Shown: piece after piece, positions 40,001-52,785 of the stretch
How positions within the stretch are numbered: the stretch's first letter is position 1
How the letters are laid out: each line of letters begins with the position of its first letter
Origin: Macrostomum hystrix
Lineage: Eukaryota > Animalia > Platyhelminthes
Direction: 5' to 3'
DNA length: 64,000 bases
NCBI GenBank assembly: GCA_950097015.1
Contig: CATNEN010000029.1
Span: 6,820,001-6,884,000, forward strand
Made by a program: the position numbers and the translations under genes
The notes under the pieces: model-generated
Seen by the model: only the letters and a program-made list of their open reading frames with translations
What the model was told of the DNA's origin: nothing
The model's database searches: none

Positions 40001-40961
40001 AGAGCAGATAAATATGAACACAGTCAGGTAGGTCAGAGTCTACCTGACCTACCTGAACTACATAAAAACCTGCCTAAGGCCTTGAGGAGCTGAGGGTGAA
40101 GTGAAGAGTACGACTGAGGAGTTGAGTAGTGTAGTCATAGTGGGGAGAAGATTTAACAATTGAAAAGGAGATAGTCGGGTAAAGTTCGGGGTCGGGTCGG
40201 GTTTTAAGTCCGGGTCGGGTTCCGGGTTCGGGGTTAAGGGCTCGGGTCGGGGTCAGTGTACCGGGTTCGGGGTACCCCGAACCCGGAAAAATGGAAACCC
40301 GAACACCCCTAATTAATACCCATGCTTCAAGGCGTAAATAGGGGGGAGAAATCAGAGGGCGCCTTCACCCGACACGGCCTTGGAGTCCGTCAGTCCGTAG
40401 CCTACAGCCTGGCTGCGCACTGTCGCGACGGTGGCCGCCTGCGAGAGTTCTAGGCGCACTCTGATTATCTTATTCACGCCCGGAGGGGTATGGGTATTGC
40501 TTTTAACTGCACGGAAAAAAGTTACTAAGAAATATCAATGGCCATTAACGAGCTAGATTTTTTTGCCACCGGGCAAAAAGGTCATGGTACAAAATCTTTA
40601 CCTCGCGCAGGCAAGCGGCTGACTTATCGTTGGACTCGCGGCAGAAGGCCAGCATTTCCAGTTTCTCCTGTTCGCCGCGTTCCAACTGTTCCAATAGGCG
40701 TTTAAGTCTGCGCAGCAGGTCCACCCGCTCCCGCTTCAGGCTGGCAATCTCGCATTTCTGCTGTTGCGCTAGAGAAAGTCTGCGACAGTCGCTATTATCA
40801 TCGGACACTGATAGCTGCACGGAATCGTCGCCACTGTCCGAGTCCACGCTAGTATTAGACGAAGCATCATTGCTGCTGTCGCAGTCTTCTTTGTTGCTTT
40901 TAGTAACGCCATTCTCAGTTGGCGTCGACTTTTTCTCTTTCGAGTCGATAATCGTTGTCAT
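34017..40961 (-). CDS. Kazrin/liprin-beta-like protein: N-terminal coiled coil plus three SAM domains
   Basis: Exons 40961-40602, 37791-37240 (GC donor), 36590-36280, 35032-34592 and 34329-34017 join in phase. SAM motifs: [97 protein letters not shown]. Confidence 0.8.
35128..35700. repeat. 20-bp minisatellite (TTAGAGAAGGGTTTGAGTCG)n in intron 3 of the SAM gene
   Basis: About 28 copies. Confidence 0.95.
36640..37215. repeat. 21-bp minisatellite (TGGACAGTGTCTGAAGGAT(T/G/C)G)n filling intron 2 of the SAM gene
   Basis: About 27 copies. Confidence 0.95.
38215..38755 (+). mobile_element. tRNA-derived SINE interrupted by a MITE
   Basis: Removing 38238-38583 restores GTAGCCCATTGGTTA(A/G)AGCGTCGGACTCATGACTTGAAGGTCGGGGGTTTGATT, homologous to the copy at 3046-3255, including the CCCAGCTCTAAATGGGT and GTGTGGCG body. 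Confidence 0.75.
38238..38575. mobile_element. hAT-Charlie-type MITE (338 bp)
   Basis: TIRs are CAGGGGTCGGCAAACT and AGTTTGCCGACCCATT (2 mismatches), with an 8-bp TSD GGTTAAAG/GGTTAGAG. The left end CAGGGGTCGGCAAACT..GGCCCGCGGGCC resembles the MER58/Charlie terminus pattern. Confidence 0.8.
39319..40311. mobile_element. Non-autonomous hAT element (993 bp)
   Basis: Termini TAGGGGTGTTC...GAACACCCCTA, perfect 8-bp TSD ATTAATAC (39311-39318 and 40312-40319), and subterminal CGGGTT/CGGGGT repeats at both ends. No transposase ORF. Confidence 0.88.
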
Positions 40962-41164
40962 GACTACAGATTGCGATTGGTAGCTTCTTCTAATAGTCTG
41001 GTCGTTAAGGGCCAAGAAGTTACAGAGTGGTGAGTAAGAAGAGTTTTGGCAGCCAGTGCCAGACGGCAATGGCTGTGTTCGCCTGAAAAATTGGAATTAA
41101 ACTGTGAAATTACGAAAAAACTGCATCTATTATGATCTAAAATCAATAGGAGACAAACGAACCG

Positions 41165-42885
41165 GGCATGTGAATCTACTGAGATTCAACTGATGAGAAA
41201 TCTGAGAATAGGAATTAGATAATCTGGCATGTGAATCTACTGAGATTCAACTGATGAGAAATCTGAGAATAGGAATTAGATAATCTGGCATGTGAATCTA
41301 CTGAGATTCAACTGATGAGAAATCTGAGAATAGGAATTAGATAATCTGGCATGTGATTCTACTGAGATTCAACTGATGAGAAATCTGAGAATAGGAATTA
41401 GATAATCTGGCATGTGATTCTACTGAGATTCAACTGATGAGAAATCTGAGAATAGGAATTAGATAATCTGGCATGTGAATCTACTGAGATTCAACTGATG
41501 AGAAATCTGAGAATAGGAATTAGATAATCTGGCATGTGAATCTACTGAGATTCAACTGATGAGAAATCTGAGAATAGGAATTAGATAATCTGGCATGTGA
41601 ATCTACTGAGATTCAACTGATGAGAAATCTGAGAATAGGAATTAGATAATCTGGCATGTGAATCTACTGAGATTCAACTGATGAGAAATCTGAGAATAGG
41701 AATTAGATAATCTGGCATGTGATTCTACTGAGATTCAACTGATGAGAAATCTGAGAATAGGAATTAGATAATCTGGCATGTGATTCTACTGAGATTGAAC
41801 TGATGAGAAATCTGAGAATAGGAAATAGATAATCTGGCATGTGAATCTACTGAGATTCAACTGATGAGAAATCTGAGAATAGGAATTAGATAATCTGGCA
41901 TGTGAATCTACTGAGATTCAACTGATGAGAAATCTGAGAATAGGAATTAGATAATCTGGCATGTGATTCTACTGAGATTCAACTGATGAGAAATCTGAGA
42001 ATAGGAATTAGATAATCTGGCATGTGAATCTACTGAGATTCAACTGATGAGAAATCTGAGAATAGGAATTAGATAATCTGGCATGTGATTCTACTGAGAT
42101 TCAACTGATGAGAAATCTGAGAATAGGAATTAGATAATCTGGCATGTGATTCTACTGAGATTCAACTGATGAGAAATCTGAGAATAGGAATTAGATAATC
42201 TGGCATGTGAATCTACTGAGATTCAACTGATGAGAAATCTGAGAATAGGAATTAGATAATCTGGCATGTGAATCTACTGAGATTCAACTGATGAGAAATC
42301 TGAGAATAGGAATTAGATAATCTGGCATGTGAATCTACTGAGATTGAACTGATGAGAAATCTGAGAATAGGAATTAGATAATCTGGCATGTGAATCTACT
42401 GAGATTCAACTGGTGAGAAATCTGAGAATAGGGATTAGATAATCTGGCATGTGATTCTACTGAGATTCAACTGATGAGAAATCTGAGAATAGGAATTAGA
42501 TAATCTGGCATGTGATTCTACTGAGATTCAACTGATGAGAAATCTGAGAATAGGAAATAGATAATCTGGCATGTGAATCTACTGAGATTGAACTGATGAG
42601 AAATCTGAGAATAGGAATTAGATAATCTGGCATGTGATTCTACTGAGATTCAACTGATGAGAAATCTGAGAATAGGAATTAGATAATCTGGCATGTGATT
42701 CTACTGAGATTCAACTGATGAGAAATCTGAGAATAGGAAATAGATAATCTGGCATGTGATTCTACTGAGATTCAACCGATGAGAAATCTGAGCATAGGAA
42801 TTAGATAATCTGGCATGTGAATCTACTGAGATTCAACTGATGAGAAATCTGAGAATAGGAATTAGATAATCTGGCATGTGAATCT
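41165..42885. repeat. 61-bp minisatellite, about 28 copies, between the INTS10 3' end and the SAM gene 5' exon
   Basis: Unit GGCATGTGAATCTACTGAGATTCAACTGATGAGAAATCTGAGAATAGGAATTAGATAATCT; the phase shifts 1 nt per 60-nt line. Confidence 0.97.
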
Positions 42886-43205
42886 AATAAGATTATGTTT
42901 GCGGTAGCATGGTACAACAGAAGGAAATACACAAAAATCCTGTGATATAAATAGCTATAAATTTAATTTACTATAAACCAACTATAAACAACGATTAGAA
43001 AGTCTAAGGAAATGCATTTATGTCGCATTTAATTTTAATAATAATTACACAGATTTCAATTTTTTACAACGCTAAATTCGGAAATCCCTTACAAAAAATT
43101 ATAGGAAAGTTCAATGCAGGAGAAAAATTAAAAATAAAATCAACGAATGTAATGCAGGCACATGAATTTGTAGCAAAAGTATTTAAACAGTAATTAGCAT
43201 CAACT

Positions 43206-46200
43206 TCATTCAAAGTTGGCTTGCTCGGCAAATTCTAACAGAGATTTCTCTTCGCGACAGATAAATTGATACAATAATTCAGCAGAGTTCTCGTGGCATC
43301 TATCCATCTGGGCGGCCATGCGATAGTCGAAGTTGTTGCCAACGCTGCCGGATCGCTTGCTAGAGCTGGCTAGCTCTTCGCTAGCCGGGAATAGCTGCAA
43401 TTCTGCGCAGCCGCTGTTGCGCAACAGGGCCAACTCTTCGATTGCTTCGGGCAGGATGACGAAATCAGCAAACTGGGGATAATCTAATCCGCCGCGTTCT
43501 TTGATGGCCTCCAACAGTTTGTCCAGCTGCCGTTGCTGCCATTGGCTCATGTCTTCTTCTGGCCAATCGCGTTGCAGCAGCACAAGGCAGTGGCCAATCA
43601 GGAGGTGCGGCGAATTTCTGCCGCCGAGATGATCAACTAGGCGACTGAGCAGGTTGGCCAGTGTAGATACAAGCAAGCGAAGAACCAGGCCGCAGGTTAG
43701 CGGAGTCAGGCACGGCGTACCTGCAGGGGGGCGGGCATCTGCTGTGACGGTCGGCACGAGGCTACCGTCAGACGGTGACAGGGCAAGGCAGCAGGCCACT
43801 AGGGGACGAACGGAGCCGGCCTGTAATTAAATTATTTTACCAAGAATCCAGGCGATGCAGTAGAACTACAAAGGGGGGAGTTCCCCACAGAAAATTTTTG
43901 TGCTGCACCTAAACGTAGCAACGCAAGCACATTGAACTAAAAAAACATGGGCCAATTTTTTGTTGCGCATCTTCTGACTGTCGAGATATTCAATGGTTCT
44001 GGCCGAAGGTCAAATTTTTCCCATAAGCGCTAGTGTATTTCATACACCCCTGTACACAAATTAGCACTGCACCTCAGTGCGGCCTTGCCAGGCCTTCAAA
44101 ATTTATCAGCATGTCACCAGAATGTGCCTGCATCATCTCACTTCCCTTATCTGGACGGACTGCTGGATCTTTAAGGGCTACAACAGGTGGAAATTGAGCA
44201 CAATGGCCCCCTTGGGTTTTATACTAATTCCCTTGGTATAAAAACGGGCGGCTAAATGGCTTGGTAGTCGCACTGTTAAAGTTGTGAAGATACCAAAAAT
44301 ATGCAACGCATAATACTAAAAATTATAGTTAGAAATTATGTTAACACTAGACCCTAACACTGTTGTTTTACATCACTAAGCCAACTAAGCTGTGATTAGA
44401 TACGAAGCGATAGACAGGTCACAGGCCTGAGCCTCACCATAGCGCCCTGCAGTTGCATACACTGCGCCTCATAATAAAGCCGCTGTTCAGCTGGCCAGAC
44501 GCCGCTAGAGGCTAGTTGCCGCATGTCGCGCAGGCAGGCAGCCGGCTGTCCGGTGTACAACAGATGCTCAGCGACGATGCCATCCAGCCAGGCCAGCAGT
44601 CGAATTGATTCGCGTCTCTTCAGGCGCTCTTGAAATGATTCTAGACGACGCTGCAGCTCTGGCCAGTCGCGAACTAACCTAACAGTCCGGCTGATGGATA
44701 GGAACGCTTTGCCAGCTTCGCGACGATTAGCCGGAGACGAGGCCAATTGAAGCTTGTCTGTAGTCGGTCGCAGGCAGTACAGTAGGAGAGCAGAGCGGAC
44801 ACCAGGAATTGGCACAGACTCAGCTTCTAACGCTGATGACGTCATCGCTGCAGCAGAGGAAGCTGGCGCTGGCGATGCTGGAGGCGACGTCGACGGAGCA
44901 GCGGAAGGTCTGGCTAAGCGATAGAAACGACAGACAGCTTCTCCTAACAGCAGAAGAGTCACAGGGGCTAGAGACTTTGTCTGCGGGGAGACGTGATGGA
45001 TGAGATAGGGATCTGAATCTAGCCACAATCTACAGTCTTATATATCTAGATAAAATGTACAGTAATCTCGATAGATTGTACGGAAATCTAGATAAAATGT
45101 ACAGTAATCTCGATAGATTGTACGGAAATCTAGATAAAATGTACAGTAATCTCGATAGATTGTACGGAAATCTAGATAAAATGTACAGTAATCTCGATAG
45201 ATTGTACGGAAATCTAGATAAAATGTACAGTAATCTCGATAGATTGTACGGAAATCTAGATAAAATGTACAGTAATCTCGATAGATTGTACGGAAATCTA
45301 GATAAAATGTACAGTAATCTCGATAGATTGTACGGAAATCTAGATAAAATGTACAGTAATCTCGATAGATTGTACGGAAATCTAGATAAAATGTACAGTA
45401 ATCTCGATAGAGCGTACAGAAATCTAGATAAAATGTACAGTAATCTAGATAGAGCGTACAGAAATCTAGATAAAATGTACAGTAATCTAGATAGATTGTA
45501 CGGAAATCTAGATAAAATATACAGAAATCTAAATAAAAATACAGAAATATAGAAAACAATTTAAGAAATTTACACGACATCTGCAGAAATCTAGAGAAAG
45601 TAGACGGAAATTTAGACAAAATCAACAAAAATCTAGACATAATCTACAAAATATATTAAAAATTGGAAAAAGGAAACAGACCTCGCTAAAATCTTCAGAT
45701 CCGGCGGCCGCCGACAGAACAGCTTCAGGTGGCCCTCTGGCCAGCTGATGCAGCTGCATTCCCAGCTGACGGCACAGGCTATCGGCCAGCTGACGACCGG
45801 CTGGCCACGGATTGGCTGGCGGTTGCCAGTTGTCAATTAGCGGCAGTGGTGCCTGCTGCTGTTGCTGCTGTGGAATGCAGTTGACTACTGAGCCTAGGGC
45901 TACGTAAAACTCCGTAGACATTGTTAAAAGTTTGCGCAGTAGCTTAGAGTTCAGTTGAACGCTTATGCTACTACTGGCACTACTGTTGACGCCAAGTAGT
46001 ACAGGTAGTACATCAATCACCAGGCATTTGCGATATTTGTTGAGCACGGTCTCTACACAAGCATCCTGGAGAATAGTTTAGAAATGGAGAACTCCAATCA
46101 GAATTGTATATTAAACAATGATGAGTTATTCAGAATAAAATGGGAATATTAAGCTTGTCTTTGAAATGTCAATATAATGATGTTTTTTAAATAGATCAGT

Positions 46201-46991
46201 CTATAGTAAACCATGGGAATTAAAACCAAAGGGATTGAATTTTATAGTTTCTGCTTTGAAGGTGAAACTTTTATGCTTTTAAACACTTAAAATCTAAAAA
46301 TTTAACATTCAAGGGGTGAGACTTTCTATAGATATTTCATGTGATTGACATAAATCCTAACTAATTGTCAGGTCAAGCTAACCTGTTCCGCAGCCAGCAG
46401 AGCTTCAACCAGGGATGCGCCCTGCTGAGCCGCCACAGATGGATACTGCTGAATGGCGTACAGCAGTAGGCTAGCCTGCTCAAGCGCGCTGCCAACCGAC
46501 TGGCCATATTTTAGCAACAGTTCGCACTGCAGTCGGCCTGGTAGCCTCCCAAAAAGTGCGCTGCAACCTGCGTCACCGTCCGCCTTGGTGACACCTTCCA
46601 GTACGCGACTAAGCTCCTGATAGAACAGCGCCTCGTTGGGATTATCCGCGTACATCTGCATGAAAGCAGCGGCAGCGGCGTCCCAATTGCCTTCGTCCCG
46701 AGCGAGTTGATATGCCCGGCGGCGCACTTTGAAGCTGTCTCGCCAGAGGCATCTAGCCAAAGCCAGATGGCACCTGGCCATCTGATAATCTCCTTGGCTA
46801 GCTCTACTTTCGATGGCTTGACAAACAAAATCGACGTCAGCTTCAATCCGCTCAGACGCTGGCACTAATGGCAAAGGATCTGTGGCCGCTGTGGTGTTCG
46901 ACTGTGAGCCAGTGGACACTGCCGCTGGGCCAGATGATGATGATGAAGGAGCTTTCCTTTTCAGCTTGCTTGACATTATAACTGAAGACAT
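43206..46991 (-). CDS. INTS10: Integrator complex subunit 10
   Basis: Exons 46991-46383, 46065-45682, 44980-44438 and 43820-43206. Motifs LFGRLPGRLQCELLLK, QQGASLVEALLAAE, NKYRKCLVIDVLPVL, GHCLVLLQRDWP and EAIEELALLR match INTS10 by recollection of the family. Confidence 0.85.
45043..45620. repeat. 42-bp (2x21) minisatellite (TCTAGATAAAATGTACAGTAATCTCGATAGATTGTACGGAAA)n in INTS10 intron 2
   Basis: About 12-13 copies, decaying toward 45620. Confidence 0.93.
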
Positions 46992-47184
46992 TGTGCGGAG
47001 AAATTCGAGTTTAAGTGCTTATGTCTAGAGAGGAGTAAACTGATTGTCAAGAAAATTTAAAAAAAGTTACTCCTCACTGTCTCTCACTGATAATTGTGGC
47101 CAAGTGAATTTAAAGACATACATTTATGTAGCTATAGCTAAATTATACATAGGCTATAATGTTGGCTATAAATGTGAGCTTTCA

Positions 47185-47330
47185 GCCTAGTGAGCCTAGT
47201 GGTTAGAGCTTCTGATCGAAAGGTTGGGAGTTCGAATCTCAGCCAAATGTGGAGAATTCGTGTCCATGAGCAAGACACTCAATTCCAAGTGCATTGGTTC
47301 ACAAAGGCATAAAATTAGTACTAGCAGCAC
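47185..47330 (+). mobile_element. tRNA-derived SINE
   Basis: AGCCTAGTGGTTAGAGC (A box) and GAGTTCGAATCTCAGCC (B box), followed by GTGTCCATGAGCAAGACACTCAA. Confidence 0.65.
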
Positions 47331-49074
47331 ATCAGTAATCAACTTCAAGACTGAAATTTTGATTGGTATGGCAGCCTCCTCAGCCCATTGAGTAAAAAGC
47401 TAATTATACAACATTTAGAAGATCTACACATTTAAGATGTAGCTATGCGACTTGGCTATACATCTGTTCCAACAAGGCATTTATGAGAATTATAGTTAAA
47501 AAGAAACTAAATTAAATGACTTTTTTTGCTATGAACTAGCTCATTTACAAAGACAGTGTTACAACTAGAATAACTTTCAAATATTTTTATTTATGAAACA
47601 ATTTATATACAAATAAATATAAAAATGTTTTAATATCTAAGATTGCAAAATAATAGCTATGGGCTTCTATGCCCACTTTGGGAATTTTGGCACAGCTATA
47701 CAGCAAGTCATTTTGAAAATCATCTTGCCGCTTGTGGGATGTGGCTAAATAAAAAAATCACTTTTAACCTTGTTTGTTCCACTTGCATTATTTTGGTCAT
47801 TTAAAATCATGGGAATACTCTATGGAGTCCAATAGTAAGTCCTTGGTGGCAACAATGTATTTAAGCTTTACATATATATATAAACAGAACTTCACATTAA
47901 GCTCTAAATATAGGGTCCATGTAAACACCACAATGGACCCTACGAGACTGCAATGGACTACAGTGGGACTAAGGAAAGTTTTAATTTTTTTATTAAAAAT
48001 ATGGCTTTAATGAGCTTTGCTGATTTCTAGTAGGCCTATTGGCTTAATAAAAATTATTTTACAAAAATAATACTAATTTGTACACTCGGAAAACATAAAT
48101 TAGTTGCACACATACAGCAGCTAGCTGAAAGTTTATAATTTAATTTTTTGTTTATGTTTCTTTCATTAATTTATTTTAGATTACTTTAGACTGATGTAAG
48201 AGTCAATTGTAATTATTAGACACTTGTAATCTGATTATCTTGGTGTTAAGATTGTTTTCATTTTGTTTTTAAACAAAAAAAATCATATAATTATCATGCA
48301 TAAAATCTGAACTTGCAAATATTTTACCAAGATAATTATAATGCAATATATAGTTAGTAAAAATCCCTATTTCCCTATTGTAAAAATCTCTGAAATCTGA
48401 GATTTCAGAATGGTAGTGCTTATCCCCAGCATACTATAGCAATAATGGTCATACTATCCATGTGGTACCATGAGAATAATGACTAGCTTGTCTGCATTGA
48501 ACACTGGAAAGATAACTGTATTCTAGTTATTCTAGGAATAATAACTCATTTATTTGCATAGAACACAGAGAAGGCTTTATATATATTTTCAATCTGTTTA
48601 TGTTCTCATTTTTTAACAGTAAAACAAAGCTAATTGGTGCCAAATGTGAGTTCAAATTTATCAGAAACATAAACTTGATGGCAATTCAGGGTAGGGTAGG
48701 GCCTAATGTATCATCAACCAAACAAGAATGTGTATTTTTTTACTTCAAACCTAAGCTACAGATTTTCTATTTAAGATATGATGATAAATCAAAAGCCAAG
48801 TTATAGAAAACAGTTACATCTTTCTAAAAAGTATCTGCTTTTGCTATTTTGTCAAATAGAAAAAAGTTATTCCTGCTTTTTATCTAAAACCGAACAATGA
48901 TTTTCATGTATCTTCAAACCAAACAGAGAACTTGATGTTTGGTTTTCCATTTTGATTAAGTGGTTAAATCTTATTTTAAGGAGTGAACTATCATGAATTA
49001 TGTCATTTGAAAGCATTTTTCATGCTCTATAAATAACTACATTTATGGTCATTTAATTGGCAAGCAACCACATA

Positions 49075-50408
49075 CGAGGGGTGTTTCAAAAGTTTCCGGA
49101 CTGATGTCACCATTTTGAGTTGAAATGGCCAAATCACTTGAAATTTGATATGCAATTGCAATAAGATTATTTTTATTATGTCCTAAAATTTCAGCGCAAT
49201 CGGATTAACTGATCAAAAGTTGTAATGAATTTTGCATTAAACATCGAAAACAACAAATACGATTTTTGGATTTCAGTTTCAAGCAATCACTCCTAATCAC
49301 TGTCAGAGTCACTGATACCGTCGGCTGTGTCGCGAGGCTGACAGCTTGCGCGCTCTACGTACTCGCCTTCGATGGAGATGCACTTCTTGTAGCGCTCAAT
49401 TAGCGCGTCGAAGCCAGCCTCCCAGAATTCAGCCTTCAGCTGACTAAGCGACTGATTGGTGGCATTGATGACTTCGTCACGAGTTGAGAAGATCTGACCA
49501 CGCAGAGGCATCTTCATCTTACCGAATAAATGAATCGATACTGATCGATACCGAGCTTACAAGTTTCTCTCGATGACACATGAGTTTTAGCCATAGACAC
49601 ATTAGACAACTGCGATGCGGCTTTAGCAGCTTAAAGCCGCATCAAAACGAATAAGATTTTTAGCAGCCTACTACGCTCTACCGTTCTGAAATGAGTCGAC
49701 CGACCAACTCCGCGGACTTTGGGTCAAAACACAAGGTCAGACTATCAACTCAGATTACATAATGGATCAGCTGAATCGCCTGCGAAGTGCAGTTTTGAGC
49801 AAGCGCCGCATAATGCGTCAGAAACCGTTTATTCTTTGGGACAATGCGCGACCTCATGCTGCCGCTAGCACAAAGGCGAAGGTGGAGGAGCTCGGCTTTC
49901 GCCTGCTAAATCATCCTGCCTACAGTCCTGACCTCGCCATTGCTGACTTTCATTTATTCGGTAAGATGAAGATGCCTCTGCGTGGTCAGATCTTCTCAAC
50001 TCGTGACGAAGTCATCAATGCCACCAATCAGTCGCTTAGTCAGCTGAAGGCTGAATTCTGGGAGGCTGGCTTCGACGCGCTAATTGAGCGCTACAAGAAG
50101 TGCATCTCCATCGAAGGCGAGTACGTAGAGCGCGCAAGCTGTCAGCCTCGCGACACAGCCGACGGTATCAGTGACTCTGACAGTGATTAGGAGTGATTGC
50201 TTGAAACTGAAATCCAAAAATCGTATTTGTTGTTTTCGATGTTTAATGCAAAATTCATTACAACTTTTGATCAGTTAATCCGATTGCGCTGAAATTTTAG
50301 GACATAATAAAAATAATCTTATTGCAATTGCATATCAAATTTCAAGTGATTTGGCCATTTCAACTCAAAATGGTGACGTCAGTCCGGAAACTTTTGAAAC
50401 ACCCCTCG
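49075..50408. mobile_element. Foldback (palindromic) non-autonomous mariner derivative, 1334 bp
   Basis: TA on both sides and CGAGGGGTG termini. Inverted arms at 49075-49534 and 49949-50408 contain the transposase 3' end. A truncated ORF at 49762-50190 has LWDNARPH...YSPDLAIADF. Confidence 0.92.
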
Positions 50409-50834
50409 TACAATCTTTGTCTAAAGTACATACTGAAAAAATGTTGTTAAAAAGTATGCTTTTGCAATAAAAATTTCTACTGAAACATCAATATCTTTCT
50501 TTCCTCTTAAAGCTTCATTGCACATCATGCCTCAGCTTGTAGATAATTTCTTCAACTTTCAAATTAGTTGATCTGTGAAACACAATAGCTTGTTTCTGTC
50601 TTGCATGAGACCAAGGAAGGAGTCAAAATCTTGTTAGGTTTTGAAGATAGATACACTGTTCGGTTGATGATACATTACCCTATGGGTTTTCAGCCATGAT
50701 GCATTCTCAAGTTAATTGGTTCCTTAACCTGCTAGTTAAAGTAAAATGTATCCAGTGTTCTGTGCAGATAAGACAGTTGTTATTCTCACAATAGGCCTAC
50801 ATATATAGGCCAATATGGATAGGAAAGCTATTGC

Positions 50835-51100
50835 TCCAGCCCAGCTGCAATGCCCGTCTACCATCCTGCGCCAGTGGCAACTTTGACTAGCAGGCCACAT
50901 TATTCAGGCCAAGAGCTATTGCCGCCAGCCCACCCAGGACATCCTGCTGCTCACCCTGCAGGGGCCATTCAGGTGTGGCCAAGCTTGGACCTGCCACTAC
51001 ATCAACTGCCTGCTGAACAATGCCGGGGTCAGGCGCCCAACACTGCCACCGGCGCGAACCATGTTCACACTGGCTCTGCGGTGCACTATCTGATGCCGCC
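50835..51100 (+). mobile_element. Degenerate non-LTR (RTE-like) retrotransposon fragment, C-terminal to the RT
   Basis: One frame reads RQWQL*LAGHIIQAKSYCRQPTQDILLLTLQGPFRCGQAWTCHYINCLLNNAG, resembling the RL..AGH...LLW.P.G.R..G.....Y...L..D.G tail of RTE-type ORFs, with an in-frame stop. Confidence 0.5.
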
Positions 51101-52359
51101 TCACTGACTTCTGGGGCTAACATATTATGTTGTGTTGCTGTTATTGTTGTTGCTCCAGTGTCCTGTGCAGATAAGCCATTTGTTATTCCCATGGTACATA
51201 TAGGCAAAAAGGAAAGCTATCTTTTCAGTGTTCTGTGCAGATAAGCTAGTCCTTATTTCCATAGTACCCTGTAGATAGTAAAGGCCATTATTGCAGTAGT
51301 ACCATGTGGATAAGCACTGCCTTTCAGAATATAAACTAGACATTAGCAGCCCTGAATGCCATGTTAGAAAATAACAAAAAATAGGCCTAGGCCTAGGCCC
51401 TATACTGCTTGTCCCTAAGCAGTATTTGTTCACAGTGTGATTTTCTGTTCCAATTAGATGATTAGTTTCAGGTTAATAGGTTAGGTAGTCTACCAAGGTT
51501 AGGTAGGTTAGGTTTTCAAGTGCTGATAGTTGATACAATCTTATATACTAAAAATAAAAATCTTGCTTGCTTGCTTTCATCATCTAACTAAAAGTACAAC
51601 GAAAGAAAAATTAACAAGAATTTTCTAATTAAAACCCTGGTAATAAAGAAATAAAAAGAAAAATTTAACCTTACATTTGCTACTATTTTTTATAGCAAGC
51701 AAAAAGCGACATAGCGAAATAGTCTTACATCCCAAGCAACTATTATAGCATGCGCCTAATTCGAGCTAACTATATTACGCCCTACGTTCACTTCGAATAT
51801 ATTGGAAACGAACGCACCGATTTAAAGCAAGCCGGAACAGAATTTTTATATGGACTTACAATCGATTTCCTACTTTGATTTAAAAAAATGTTCCTGTAGA
51901 TAAGTTACAACTATCGAAAATATAGTTCTCTTATTATTGTATTTTTTAATCCCCCTTTTGTTATCTTAAAATAATCTTTTCATGACACTTTTTAATTGCC
52001 ACTTTTAAATTCCAAGAATTTATAACATTATAATTACAACAAGGGTTATACATCTTTAGGTAGATAAAATACATGTATAATTGTCCCATATTTGGCATTT
52101 TTGGTGAAGAAATTGTGAAAATCGGTTGAGCCGTTTTTTAGAAAATCGATCACGCATATATATATATATATATAGTTTTCGTTTTTAAGATGGGCCTATA
52201 GGAATATATGCTACCTATAGCACTTTAGTTTACAGGAAACTTAGAAGCTGGATGTATATAATAATGCCATCTGTGACTTTATGTAGTCTTACAAAGGCGT
52301 TTTATGATATATCAGTTATGCTCCGTATTAAAAAAACTACGTTATAGTTTTGGATCCTA

Positions 52360-52785
52360 GGCACTTCGTCATTTTACAACTTCGTCATCTTACAACTTCG
52401 TCATCCACTTGGGGAAGGTAGGACACTTCGTCATCCAGCCAATTGGCATGCTTTAAAGTTTGGTCAGTTCGTCATCTACTAATAACAAATAAGCAATTAA
52501 GTTCGTCATCAATAAAGTGAGGGTGGGGTGGTGGGGCAGAGGTGTGAACACACTTCACATCTTAAAATGCCAAAAGAGGTGTCAAAACTGATTTCATTAT
52601 AAGAGTTGAAAGAAAGGTGCCAACACGATGTGAGGAGGTGGGGAGGGGTGGTTCTGTTCTAACTTTGAAAACTTGATTTATAGATGACGAAGTGTCCACA
52701 AGTCTTAGTCTCTTCGTCATCCACCCTCTGAGATATTGGACAGATCGTCATCTGGATGACGAAGTTGTAAGATGACGAAGTGTCC
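52360..52785. mobile_element. Unclassified MITE with TIR GG(A)CACTTCGTCATCTTACAACTTCGTCATCC and internal TTCGTCATC motifs
   Basis: Inverted ~30-bp termini. No clear TSD could be assigned. Confidence 0.7.

Noticed and set aside
41165-42885. Box C (TGATGA) and box D (CTGA) motifs in each 61-bp unit, suggesting a snoRNA array
   Set aside because: The motifs are on the strand opposite to the flanking genes, I found no terminal stem or guide complementarity, and short motifs are expected by chance.
51790-52200. Possible Helitron-like remnant (AAAATCGGTTGAGCCGTTTT followed by (TA)n)
   Set aside because: Only a short motif resemblance; termini could not be defined.
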